From NCBI RefSeq assembly GCF_009914755.1, contig NC_060946.1: a stretch of DNA of 64,000 bases. The stretch is one strand, 5' to 3'. Position 1 is the first letter of the stretch; each line of letters begins with the position of its first letter. Below are positions 17,376 to 31,193 of this stretch, in pieces. A model generated the notes under the pieces. The model was not told the DNA's origin, did no database searches, and saw only the letters and a program-made list of their open reading frames with translations. Both the position numbers and the translations under genes were made by a program. This stretch comes from the human T2T-CHM13v2.0 reference genome, Homo sapiens.

Positions 17376-19086
17376 TCTGGCCTCAGTCTTCCCATCTGCC
17401 GACGGGCCCATCTCTGGTAGGGAGGGTCTGCGTTTTGGCATGAGGGCTGATGAAGTGAGGCGTGACTCCTGGGCCGTGAGGGTGGCTGCGTCCCTGCCCC
17501 TCCCTTCCTGGTGCCCGAGCAGTCTCGTCCATCTCCTGAGGGCTCTGCAGGGAATAGAGAGGGGTTCCTGGTGGAGTGTGGACCTGATTTTTTCCCCAAG
17601 TGATGTCTTGGCTCTAAATAACATCTCCAGGATTAATGGTGCCGGCCCCCAACAGCACCAGGTGATTGGAAAAAGGGTTTTATGGCCCCGTGGGTGAAAT
17701 TGAACTTGCATCTGAGGTGTATTTCCAAGATGGGATTTTCCTCCCTGGCAGAGGCGGCACATTCCACGCTAATGATAATGGCAGCTCCTCGACATTCATC
17801 ACCCATAGTTGGGGGGACACCCGTCTGGGGCACAGGGGCAGGGTGTCCCTGGGGTAACCTCCAGGTCTCCTAATCTCAGCAGACTCTGGGGGGCTGGTTC
17901 TAGGAGATGCGCCCTCACCCAGTGCAGGGCCAGGGAAGGGGGAGGCAGGAGCCCCCAGGGGATGAACGAGCTCTAGCTGGGCTGCACCAGGGAGGAGGCT
18001 GGAAGGAGGCCCCAGGCTGAGGGTAGGACCCGGCTAGTGCTTGCCCAGGGACCCACAGGCCCCTTGCTGAGCAGACTCCAGCGAGGGGCCTGGCCCATCT
18101 TGTTGCAAAGGGCTAGAGTCCTGGGCTGAGCTGGGCAGTTGACCTTGGATCTGACTCTGTCTCCCCTGAAAGCTGTTCCACCCCAATGCAGGCTCCTGCA
18201 GCCTAGCACAGCGCCCAGCCAGGATGGGCAGGAGGAAGCCCTTCTTCCGACGGGCTGTCACCGCGCCCTGCCTGAGGGGCCTCAAGCCCCAGGGCTCTTG
18301 TCTCAGAACTGGGCCGTGGAGATTCAGGAACTATGGGAGTTTGGGGGATCTTGGTGGCTGAGGGCTGTGCTCATGGAGGACTCCTTGAGTTCAGAAGATG
18401 AGGCCCACCTTCTGCATAGCCAATAGGTCATTGTCACAGGGACACTGACCACCAGCACCAACCTCCATCCCCCGGCACCTGCCTTTATCACCCATTTCCC
18501 AGGTGAGGACAGGGGCTCAAAGAGGGGCAGGGTTCCTCTGAGGTAACACAGCAGGTGAGCAACAGAGCCAGTGAGGGCCTGGGGGTGTCCTGCCACGGGC
18601 TGAGGTGTGCCCACATGCAGGAATCCAGGGGTCCGTGGGCCAGGACACTGCCAAGAGTTGGGGGCTGGGGGAGGGAAGGGGGCATTGCCAATGCTGCAGC
18701 CCCTGCCCTGGGGGGTAGGAGGGAGATGCCCCTCCGGGGGCCCAAGGGCAGGGTGGGCCCATGCTGTTCCCTCCCACCTGCCACGGGTGAACCTGACAGG
18801 AGTGGGGATGGAGCCTGGCATCCCGAGGGAACCTCCTGGAGTAATCACTCCACATGCTCGCGGTAAATACTGGGCCCTTCTTCCCCTCCCAGTAATTGAA
18901 CTTATTTACTTTTAACTAAGATTAAATGTTCTCTGCGAGCTCAAGATACTGACTGCCCTGTCAGGCTCAGTCCACGCTCTGCTCTTCCTGCCTCTGGGGA
19001 CCAACCCCAGGCAGGGAGGGACCAGGCAGCCCTGGAGAAGCACAGAAATTGTTTTTCCAGGAAACTCTGGGTGGATAATCCACTTA

Positions 19087-22000
19087 CATCATCACCACTG
19101 TCACCATGAGCATGGCCATAACCACCATCATGGTCAGCTCCACCAGCATCACCACCACCACCACCACCATCACCATCACTGCCACCACCACCGCCACCAT
19201 GACTACCACCACCATCACCACCACCACCACCATCACTACCACCACCACCATCACTACCACCACCACCACCACGATCACTACCACCACCACCACCATCACC
19301 ATCACTACCACCACCACCACCATCACCACCACCACCACCATCACTACCACCACCACCACCACCACCACCATCACTACCCCCACCATCACTACCACCACCA
19401 CCACCACCACCACCACTACAACCACTACCACCACCACCACCATCACTACGACCACCACCATAACCATCACTACCACCACCACCACCACCACCATCACTAC
19501 AACCACTACCACCACCACCACCATCACTACGACCACCACCATAACCATCACTACCACCATCACCACCACCACCATCACCATCACTACCACCACCATCACC
19601 ATCACTACCACCACCACCACCACCACCATCACTACCACCATCACCACCACCATCACCACCACCACCACCACCACCATCACTACAACCACTACCACCACCA
19701 CCACCATCACTACCACCACCACCATAACCATCACTACCACCACCACCATCACCACCACCACCACCACCATCACTACCACCACCACCACCACCACCATCAC
19801 TACCACCACCACCACCATCACTACCACCACCACCACCACCATCACTACCACCACCACCACCACCACCATCACTACCACCACCACCACCATCACCATCACT
19901 ACCACCATCACCACCACCATCACCATCACTACCACCACCATCACCATCACTACCACCACCACCACCATCACTACCACCACCACCACCACCATCATCACCA
20001 CCACCACCACCACCACCACCATCACTACCACCACCACCACCATCACTACCACCACCACCACCATCACTGCCACCACCACCACCACCACCATCACTACCAC
20101 CACCACCATCACCACCACCACCACCATCACTACCACCACCACCACCACCATCACTACCACCACCACCACCACCATCACTACCACCACCACCATCACCACC
20201 ACCACCACCATCACTACCACCACCACCACCACCACCACCATCACTACCACCACCACCACCACCATCACTACCACCACCACCACCATCACTACCACCACCA
20301 CCACCACCATCACTACCACCACCACCACCATCACCATCACTACCACCATCACCACCACCACCACCATCACCACCACCACCATCACCATCACTACCACCAC
20401 CACCACCACCATCACTACCACCATCACCACCATCACCACCACCATCACTACAACCACCATCACTACCACCATCACCACTACCACCACCATCACCACCACC
20501 ATCACCACCACCACCACCACCACCATCACTACCACCACCACCACCATCACTACCACCACCACCACCATCACTGCCACCACCACCACCATCACTACCACCA
20601 CCACCACCACCACCATCACTACCACCACCACCATCACCACCACCACCACCATCACTACCACCACCACCACCACCACCATCACTACCACCACCACCACCAC
20701 CATCACTACCACCACCACCACCATCACTACCACCACCACCACCACCACCATCACTACCACCACCACCACCATCACCATCACTACCACCATCACCACCACC
20801 ACCACCATCACCACCACCACCATCACCATCACTACCACCACCACCACCACCATCACTACCACCATCACCACCATCACCACCACCATCACTACAACCACCA
20901 TCACTACCACCATCACCACTACCACCACCATCACTACCACCATCACCACAACCACCACCATCACTACCACTACCACCACCACCACCAAAACCACCATCAC
21001 TACCACCACCACCATCACTACCACCACCACCATCACCACCACCACCACCATCACTACCACCACCACCACCATGACTACCACCACCACCACCACCATCACT
21101 ACCACCACCACCACCACCATCACCATCACTTCCACCACCACCACCACCACCATCACTACCACCACCACCACCACCATCACCATCACTTCCACCACCACCA
21201 CCACCACCATCACTACCACCACTACCACCAAGACCACCATCACTACCACCACCACCACCACCATCACTACCACCATCACCACCACCACCACCACCATCAC
21301 TACCACCACCACCACCACCATCACTACCACCACCACCATCACCATCACCACCACCACCACCACCACCATCACTACCACCACCACCACCATCACCATCACC
21401 ACCACCACCACCATCACTACCACCACCACCACCACCATCACTACCACCACCACCATCACCATCACTTCCACCACCACCACTGCCATCACTACCACCATCA
21501 CCACCACCACCATCACCATCACTACCACCACCCCACCACTACCACCATCACCACCACCACCACCATCACTACCACCACCACCACCACCATCACTACCACC
21601 ACCACCATCACCATCACTTCCACCACCACCACTGCCATCACTACCACCACCACCACCATCACCATCACTACCACCACCACCACCACCACCATCACTACCA
21701 CCACCACCACCACCATCACCATCACTACCACCACCACCACCACCACCATCACTACCACCACCACCACCATCACTACCACCACCACCATCACTACCACCAT
21801 CACCACCATCACTATCCCCACCATCACTACCACTGCCACCACCACCACCATCACTACCACCACCACCACCATCACTACCACCACTACCACCACCACCACC
21901 ATCACCACCACCACCACCATCACTACCACCACCACCACCAGCACCACCACCATCACTACCACCATCACCACCACAACCACCATCACCACCACCATCATCA

Positions 22001-22205
22001 GAACCACCACCATCACCATCACTACCACCACCACCACCATCACCACCACCACCATCACCATCACTATCACCACCACCATCACCATCGTTACCATCACCAT
22101 CACCATCACCACCACCACCACCATCACCATCACTATCACCACCACCATCACCATCGTTACCATCACCATCACCATCACCATCACCATCACCACACCTCCA
22201 TCACT
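19087..22205. repeat. ~3.1 kb compound triplet array (CAC/CAT/TAC)n
   Basis: Continuous ACC/ATC/ACT triplets, typically (ACC)3-9 ATC ACT. One register shift near 21531. Confidence 0.98.
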
Positions 22206-24785
22206 ATGGTCGCTGTGACTGAGCCCATCCTCACTACTGTCATCAGCACTGTCACAGCACCATGCTGACAAGCCCACAGTGGGTTTGAGGGCTGCCATTG
22301 CTTGGGACTAGTTCCTCAGGCACAGGAGGCTCCACGCTGGTCTGATTGCATTGGAGGGGATGCCTGACAAAGGTCTTTATGGGGTGTGCATTGTGGAGTG
22401 GGGAGGGGGAGGCTCAGGGAGGTCTCGAGGACTTCATGCCGTGGGCATTCTCCCCGGCCCCCTTCTGTCTCAGCAGCTCCCCACGCTTCTTGACTGAGCT
22501 GGAGCAGAGGAAGCAGGCAGGGGTGGGAGGAGGGGCAGGGGCAGGAGAAGGGGCAGGGGCAGCCACAACCACCTCCACTTAGGTTGGAGCACAGCCTCCT
22601 GGCCTCCCTAAAGTGAAGGGCCACCCAGAGGAGGCACCTAACCATTCTCCCCTCCGGACTCCACCCAGTGCTTGGATAGCCAGCGGGGCAGCTTGGGGTC
22701 GGGGCTGGGCACTCAGCCAAAGGGGCTGGAGAGCATGCCGTGTGCAGAGCCCGCTCCCATGAGGTGGTGAGAGCCTGCTGCACTGGTCTCCTGCCCCGAG
22801 CCTTGGCTTGCTCATCTATGAACGGGTGACGTGGTGCCTGCTGCACAGCAGGCCACAAGAGCAGAGCGACAGGACACAGTGAGGGGCGGTAAGGTGCTGC
22901 CTGGTAAGAGAGCTGTGGGCTGGCCTCAAGGGGTAGCCTGTGTCCTCTTGCTGAGAATAGTGGGAAGCGAGCTGCGAGCTTGGGCCCACAGTGGTGGTCT
23001 TAGGCTGCCGTGGTCACATAACGCCACCTCCCAGTGCCTGCGGCACCACCCCTGGGCTCCGCAGCCCCAGCCAGCCGTCCATGTGGCCCATCCTGTCCTC
23101 CCCAGGCCCGTCTGTGTGCACCCAATGGAGGGTCTCCTGTCTCCTGTGGCTCCCTGAGGCTGCTGGTCACAGAGCTGATGAGGACACTAGAGACCGCTGC
23201 GGGGCTGGGCGGGGGCCCTGTGGGAGCGCAGCAGCCTGGGATCTGCAGCTGGGGCTGACCTAGCACAGCAGGCCACTGATGCCACCTCTCAAGTGGCAGG
23301 GGCTTCACAGCCTCCCACTGCAATCCCGGCAGGCCTCGGTGCCAGGGCGGCCCCATCCTGGGGGCCACTGAGGACCTGCATCGGCCACAGGGCTCGTGAG
23401 CATGGGCACCCCAGGGCTCAGTGGGGGCAGCTAGAGGGAGGGTTCAGTCACCTAGGCCTGCCCAGAGCCCTGCTCAGGGCCCAGGATGAACTGATGGGGG
23501 CAACCTGCAGGCGGTGCCAGCGAGAGTGGGCGCTCCCCACAACAGGGGAGCCACAGCCAGCCTCACCGAGAGCAGGGAGGGAATGTGTGGAGATGCAGGA
23601 AACCTCTGCCACGTCCAGGAAATATTATTAACAATTAAAAATTTTAAATCTTGGTAACATTCCCGATGGCCAGATAATTAATATAAGAGCAGATAATAAT
23701 TACTCAATGATTAATAACTGCACTGAATAGTTTTCAAAGTAATTGTGATAAAGAGAATGTTAAATGAAAACCCATCAAAGTTGCTGATGCCCTGCACAGC
23801 GAGGGCACCTTAGTGCCGGGGGTGGCCATGTCGACTGGGCTGAGACTGGCCCCCCGGGCCCACTGTGTCCTGGTGGCACGTATGGAGTGTGAGGACCACC
23901 TCCCCAACACACACGGGGTGAGGACCCTGCAAGCACATGCAAAGGCAGGGGTCTCTCTTAGTATTGGGGCAGGTGGGCAGAACCTGTCTCTCTTCCTGCC
24001 TCACTGGGATTGTGGATGACCATGGGGTTGGCTCAGGAGTCTGCCCTGTGCCTGCAGATGTTCTGGATATCTGGGCTAGTGTTGGGGGGTATTATCTGAC
24101 CCATGGACCAGTCTCTGGTTCTTCTATTGCCCCAGCCACTCCAGGCCTTTGGTGAACCCCCTCTACCATTCAACTTGACCTGCCATGTTCCTGAGATCTA
24201 GCCCAGGGCTACTCCATCCACCAATTCTCACTAAAGTGTGAGTGGTTGCTTGGCACTACCCTAATCTTTGCCGCCTCATGTGTTTATTGGTGTGAAGCCT
24301 TCAGCTGCAGGGGGATGAAGAAGGTGATTCCAGGCAGAGCAGGCCTGCTCCCTCCACCCTTAGGCTACTGACTCTGCAGTCCTGGACAGTGGCTGGGAGC
24401 TACCAGGAGCCCAGGTTGGGGCAGGACCTGGGGACCTACTGCCCCTCACATAAGCCAGTTTCTCCAATCCTGGTTCCTTGCCCTGTCTGCCATGCCTCCC
24501 AGCTGACACCACCGTGCGGCTCCCTCACCTCATCCTCTGAACAGGACCATCCTGAGTTGTCACAGCTTCCAGACCCCCCGAAGCCACCTGGTCCCCTATC
24601 AGGCTGAGGCTGTCCAGACATGGCCTGCCACGAGGCCCTGAGTGGATATGCTGGCCTGGACACCAAGGATGAGGGACCCTGGCACTTCGCATCTCAGGGA
24701 TGCCGGGTGCTCACCCGCAAAGACCCAGAGGAGAGAAGGGGAGAAAAAGTCTGAAGGGCTCGTGACCACCCTGGGGTCCTGATGG

Positions 24786-25060
24786 GGCCAGGCACGGTGG
24801 CCATACTTGTAACCCTAGCAGTTTGGGAGGCTGAGATGGGAGGACTGCTGAAAGCCTGCCTGTGCAACAGGCATAGAAGGCCCTGTCTGTATGAAAAATA
24901 ATTAGCTGGGTGTGGCAGCGAGTGCCTGTAATCCCAGCTACTCAGGAGGTGAGCCCAGGAGTTGGAGGCTGCAGTAAAAGTCATGATTGTGCCACTGCAC
25001 TCCAGTCTAGGTGACAGAGTGAGAGCCAGTCTCAAAATAAAAAAATAAAAAATAAAAAAA
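24786..25060 (+). mobile_element. Alu (AluJ-like, internally deleted)
   Basis: GGCCAGGCACGGTGGC...CACTCCAGTCTAGGTGACAGAG, A-rich tail. Confidence 0.88.
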
Positions 25061-28000
25061 AAGAAGGACTCCTGGATCACCCTGGGGCCGCGCAGGGATG
25101 GGTGGGCTCTGGAGGCCACAACTCTATTCTAACCACAGTGGTAATGATGGCTTCGGGCAGGACCACTGATGGCACAGAAATCACCGGGTGAAAGGCTGAT
25201 GCAGATGGGCCTGTGGCTGAGCTCAGCTTCCCCACAAGATCCTGCTTCCAGAAAGAAGAAGGCGTCCTCCTGGTGGAGAGCCCTCGGAGCTCAGCCCATG
25301 AAGGAGGGACATGTGGTGCCCCTGCTGCGGCTGCCGCTCCCCAAGTCACCAGGAAATGCAGACCACTGTCTGCGGCCACTGCATTGCTTCCCTTGTTCAG
25401 AGGTCGTCATCCCACAGTGATGGCAAAGATGGCAGTGACCACGGGGCAGGGGAGAGCCCAGTAGGCTATGGGCCAGACAGGTGCGGGCCCAGGCAGGGCA
25501 GATGGGGCGCTTAAACTGCTCTTGCTGCTTCTTTGAGAGTTAAATGTTTCAAGGCACAAGACTTTAAAAAGGAGGCACCTGGAGACATGAAGGCCAAGGG
25601 TGACAGCCTCGTGGGGAGGGCCGTTGGGGGCCTTCCCGATGCTCGGCACAGATGGGCACTGTGGGCTATGGGCCGGGCAGGTGTGGTCCTGGCCTCAGGT
25701 TCCTGTCTCCCACTTCTGGGAGCTCTGCCTCCCTTGTGGCCTCTGTTTCAAGGTCATTTCTGGATGGGCAAACTGAGGCCCCAGTGGCTGGGGTTGTCCA
25801 AGGTCCTGAAGGCCAGTGTTGGAGCCTCCGGGCACTTGGCCCCTGCGGCCCCCACGCCGCTACCCCCAGCCCAGGCCCTCAGGTCCAGAACCTCTTGCCC
25901 TCCAGCCTGGGGCCACTGTTCTGAGAGTGTGCCCCGAACGACACTCCCTCATTAGCCGAGTCCCAGCTCTGTGTTCTGGGGTTGGAGCTCTGGGGCTGTT
26001 GTCCTCTGGGCCTGGCTGCTCACTGAGGCTCCTCCAGGGGCCCTGCCACCCACCTTGTGTGCCTGCAGATGTCCTTCCCATGCGAGCACCAGTGCCACAG
26101 CCCTGACCCCCCGCCCTGCCTACCCCATCATGGCTCGCCACCAGCCCAGCTGAGCTGCTACCCCGAGCCCACCACTTCCCTAAGCCCCAGCTTGCTCCTG
26201 GCACCTGGCATCAGCCTGGGAGGGGCTGATGATCTTGGGGGAGGATCCTGCGACAACTGCCGGGCCTGGGACAGTGATGGAAGTCCAGGCCTCCAGGGAG
26301 GCTAGGAGGCTGGTCCCAGTCCCTGCTCAGCCATTAGGGCTGCCCCTCCCCATGTTGGCCTCAGTTTCCCTGTGCGTAGCATGGGTTTGCGGTAAAGGTG
26401 ATGCACTGCCATGGCAAGGTTTGTTATTGAGGGTCCTTGGAGCGGGGCCACTGCAGCAGGAAGTCCCCGTGGGGCCCCCTGCGTGGGGTTGGCCTGGCTC
26501 AGGAGATGGTCCCGGCTGCTATTTCATGTATCGTGAGGACACCGAATCCTACCCCAAGGCCATGAGGGCAGAAGGCCAAGGCTGTGAGCCTTCCCTACTT
26601 GGAGACATTTGCCCTGGGGAGCGGCTGTTCCCAGACCCTACATGCCTCCCCCACGAGTGATCTGCGGACTGGGGAGGGCACTGCCTACATCTGCCCCAAA
26701 GGCAGTGGCAGAGGCTTTGTGGGATGAGGGTGGTTTGTGCTCTCAGAGGCACTGGGCTCAGCCAGCGGCTGAGGTAGAGCTGGGGCCCTCCGGGGCAAAA
26801 CATCAAAAGTCTCTGAGCTCCTGTCCAGGGCTTGGATGAGTTGGGATTGGTGCTGCCCCAGCACCCAGGATTCCCCAATGCACCTGCCACCTGGCAGTCC
26901 CTCCCCAGGGCTCAGCACCCACCATGAGTCCTCAAGAATTTGGGTGATTCAGTGGCCTGCCTCGCTGGGCCTCCCCCTTAATAATGCATTCTTGCTAATA
27001 ACCTTCTTTCCTGTGTGTCATTAAACACATCCTCCTGCTGGTGGGTAGTGGAGCAGCCGGTGGTGGCTGGGGAGGCCCGGGCCCCCAGGAGAGAGGGAAC
27101 CCTGGGAGGCTGGGGGGTAGGAGGGGACAGGGCTGGTGCACCACCTGAGAATAGGTACAGGGGCTCCAGCTCTGGGCAGCATCATGAGACGCTTGTGGGG
27201 TCGGGGGCGGCAGGGCAGAAAACAGCCTACAGGGGCCAGGCTGGGGGCTGCCCTCCTCGTCCTGTGGTCACTGGGCTATGGGAATGGGAATGAGGGCAGG
27301 GCAGTGCTAGTGGCCCACAGCCCTGGGGGGCAGCAGCCCAGGGATGGTTACAGGACAAGGTTTGCGTAAAACCAGGCTTGGAGGCCGGTGTGGGGTGATC
27401 CCTCTTGGAGGTGAAGGAAGGGAGCAGTGTGGCAACGTCCTGGAAATCATGGTCAGAGGGCCCAGCTGGGGCGTGTGGCCTGGAAAAGGCACTGCCCCCA
27501 CCCCCACCAGCCAGGGTCTTTCCCTTGCCCCTGCCCCCTCCTCAGGGCCCCGCCCTGTCAGCCCTGCCTGTGGGTTTCAGCCCCATGGGCAGAGCATCAG
27601 ACTTAGCCCGGGTGGAGGACATGGTCGGTCCTGCGGGCAGGTCGGGGGAGTCCCAGGCCAGGGCCCAAGGCCACCCGGGGGCAGCCCTGCCCACGCCTCA
27701 TCTGGTGGACCAGGGAGAAGTCCTCCATCAGGCATGGTTACAAAACTTCTCAGACTTAATTAAAGTCAATCTCCAGTTACTCAAATGCCATTGATTTGGA
27801 TCTCGACTGATGGGGAAAATATGATCATCATCATGGGAAACATCGATAGGAAGGCGCTGAGTACCTGGGCACAGGGCCGATCTGGAGCCAACACAGTCAC
27901 GGAGCCCCTGCTCTGGGCCCGACCACGGGGCCCTCATGCAGAACCCTTGTCCAGGCCCTTCCGGAAGGGTCTGCCACTTGCTGCCTGGGTGTCCCTGAAT

Positions 28001-28685
28001 TCTCACCCCCTGGCTGAACCCAGGGGCCTCACAGAACCGGGATCCTGCAGGGCTGATGGGAGGCTCAAGGGTGCGTGTCTTGGGGCCGGCAGCAGCCAGC
28101 GCTCTGTGGAGACCGTCTACCCTCGTCACGTGGCTGGGGTCCTCTTGATGTTGCACCGGGGACCCTGGGCTGGCAGGACTAAGTCTAACTGGGGATCCAG
28201 GGCTCCTGCCTATCAGCCCCCAGTGAGTGAGTGCAAGAGGGAAGGCCCTTTGGCCAGTGCTGCACCTTTTACTTGCGTGGGCTTTGAGGCTTGGACCCAG
28301 CCCGAGGCCCATTGGGCAGCAGATGTCAGCACCTCTGTAGAGGGCAGCTGAGGCCAGACTTCTCCATCCAGCCTCAGCAGAGAAGCAAGGGCGGAGAGCA
28401 GGTAGAACATCAAGGCGGAAGGAGGTGATGCTGTTCGGGGGCTGGGGAGAAGTGCCTTCAACCAGAGCACCTGAGGTTCTCTTCTGGCCTCGCAGCCTGG
28501 AGCCTGGTCTGGGGCTAGGAGGTGTCGCAGCTGTGAGGCCCCAAGTGCAGGCCCAGGCAGAGGAGACCTGGAGGCAGCTAATGTGGGGGAGAGTTGACTG
28601 GGGATCGTAATCTAGTTTTCTGTTTTTCCTTGGAAAAAGAAAGACAAAGTCCCCAACTCACCTGCCCTTAAAATAAAAAGTCACA

Positions 28686-29009
28686 GGCTGGGTGCATTGC
28701 CTCATGCCTGGAATCCCAACACTTTGGGAGGCTGAGGCAAGTGGATTGCTTGAGCCCAGGAGTCGAAGACCAGCCTGGGAAACATAGAGAGGGAAACCCC
28801 CTCCCTACAAAAAAATAGAAAAATTAGCCAGGCATGGTGTCGCATGCCTGTAGTCCCAGCTACCTGGGGGCCTGAAGTGGGAGGATCCTTTGAGCTCTGG
28901 AGGTGGAGGCTTCAGCGAGCTGGGATTGCACCATTGCACTCTAGCCCGGGTGACAGAGTGAGACCCTGTCTCAAAAAACAAAACAAAACAAAAAAAACCA
29001 CCAAAAACC
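28686..29009 (+). mobile_element. Alu (AluJ-like) with TSD
   Basis: GGCTGGGTGCATTG...(CAAAA)n tail; AAAGTCACA on both sides. Confidence 0.9.
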
Positions 29010-30519
29010 AAAGTCACATAAAATGTCTTCATAAATACAATAGAGGCAAACCTCATGTGATTTGTGTTCATGGACTTGGAGGGGCCAAAGGCCCAACAGA
29101 AGTGAGAGGAGGAGGGAGGGGAGGGGTGCAAGGGCCAAGGGTAGAGGCCGGGAGGGGCCAGCATGGTGGCCTGAGTCCACTGCAGGTGGCACTGCTGGCT
29201 TTGGTGTCCTCATTTCATCTCCTGTGACCTCTGCCCTTGGCATGTCCCCAGGTACCTCCTGTGGGCTCCTGGCTGGGGTGGGGTAGGAGGAGGAAGCTGA
29301 GGGTGGCCAGGGTCTGTGTCCATCGAGGGGTGTCCAAATTCTAGTGGAGGGAGGGCTGGAGGGGAGTGGGGAGGGGCCTTTGGCCAAAGCCAGGTGCTGG
29401 GGTGTGACGGATCTCCACGGTTGCTGGGACCTTGTGGCCATTCCTGGGACATGGCTTTCACCTTAACAAGGGCCCTGGGTGTTCCAGGGGTCCCCATCCC
29501 CTACCCCTGGGGGCTCAGCACACAAAGCCCAGCCTGGGGCCTGGGCCATGGTAGCCAGGGAGGTCAGGGTGTGAGGCCTTGGTGGCCTCCAGGTGGGCGG
29601 TGAGCCAGGGGGTGCGGACATGTGGACAGTGCCGGGCCTGGGTCATGCACTTCGTCAACCCTTCACGCCTAGACCACAGCCTCTCTGAGCAGGGCCCAGC
29701 TTGCGTTGTGCTGAGTCTTTTGTTACTTTAATTAATGCCCAGCTTCCTGACGCTTAATTAAACTGGAATTGCTCCATGTCCAATAGCCAAGCATCCCATT
29801 AGATACAAGTTAATGCAACTGTCGCAGTGGCCATGAAATGAGGCTGGTGCGTCCCCCAGGGAGGGATGCAGAATGCATCTTGGAGGACAGCGTGGCCTGA
29901 CCGGGCAGCTGCACACAGGGCCAAACTGAGCCCGTACTGGACAGCCAGCCCTCAGCCCACCCAGTACTTCCACAAGACCCTTCCCAGGCCCCTCGAGGAG
30001 GACTCCCCATGGGGGCCCTGGCCTCCAGCTCCTCTGCACGCCCGAGGGCAGCCTGCTTGCTTCCTGCTGAGGTTTGCTGTTCCAGCTCCATGAGAAACTC
30101 ATGCTAGTGTATCAACATTTGGAAAATGCAGAAAAATTAGAGAAAGGAAAGTAGGGACTCCCCACCCCAGAAACGTGCCATCCTCCCATGGGCCTGCGTT
30201 TTGGGCTCCGTAGGGGCTACAAGGTGCTCTCTGGGGCCTGCAGTGGGGGCCGGGGCAGGAGCTCTGGGAAGGCGTGGGGGCAGAGGCCACATTGTGAGGA
30301 GCCATTGGTTCTTCAGGAGCCGGAAGTTCTAGGATGGGGGGCAGGGCTGGGAGCCAGCGGGGGTGAGGCAGGCTGGGGATGCTGGGGTGATACCTTGCAC
30401 CCACCAATCTCCAGTGCCAGCCTCTCACCCTGATGGCCCCGTGTCCAAGGCAGCCTCACGGTGCCCTCTGCCAGTGGCCAAAGGCATTGTGCCTGGTTGG
30501 TCCATCACCCCAGAGTCTT

Positions 30520-31193
<674 letters not shown>

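Noticed and set aside
19106-22222. 1038-aa (+) and 815-aa (-) ORFs as mucin- or extensin-like genes
   Set aside because: Wholly a triplet repeat that lacks stops by composition; no signal peptide, domain or splice context.
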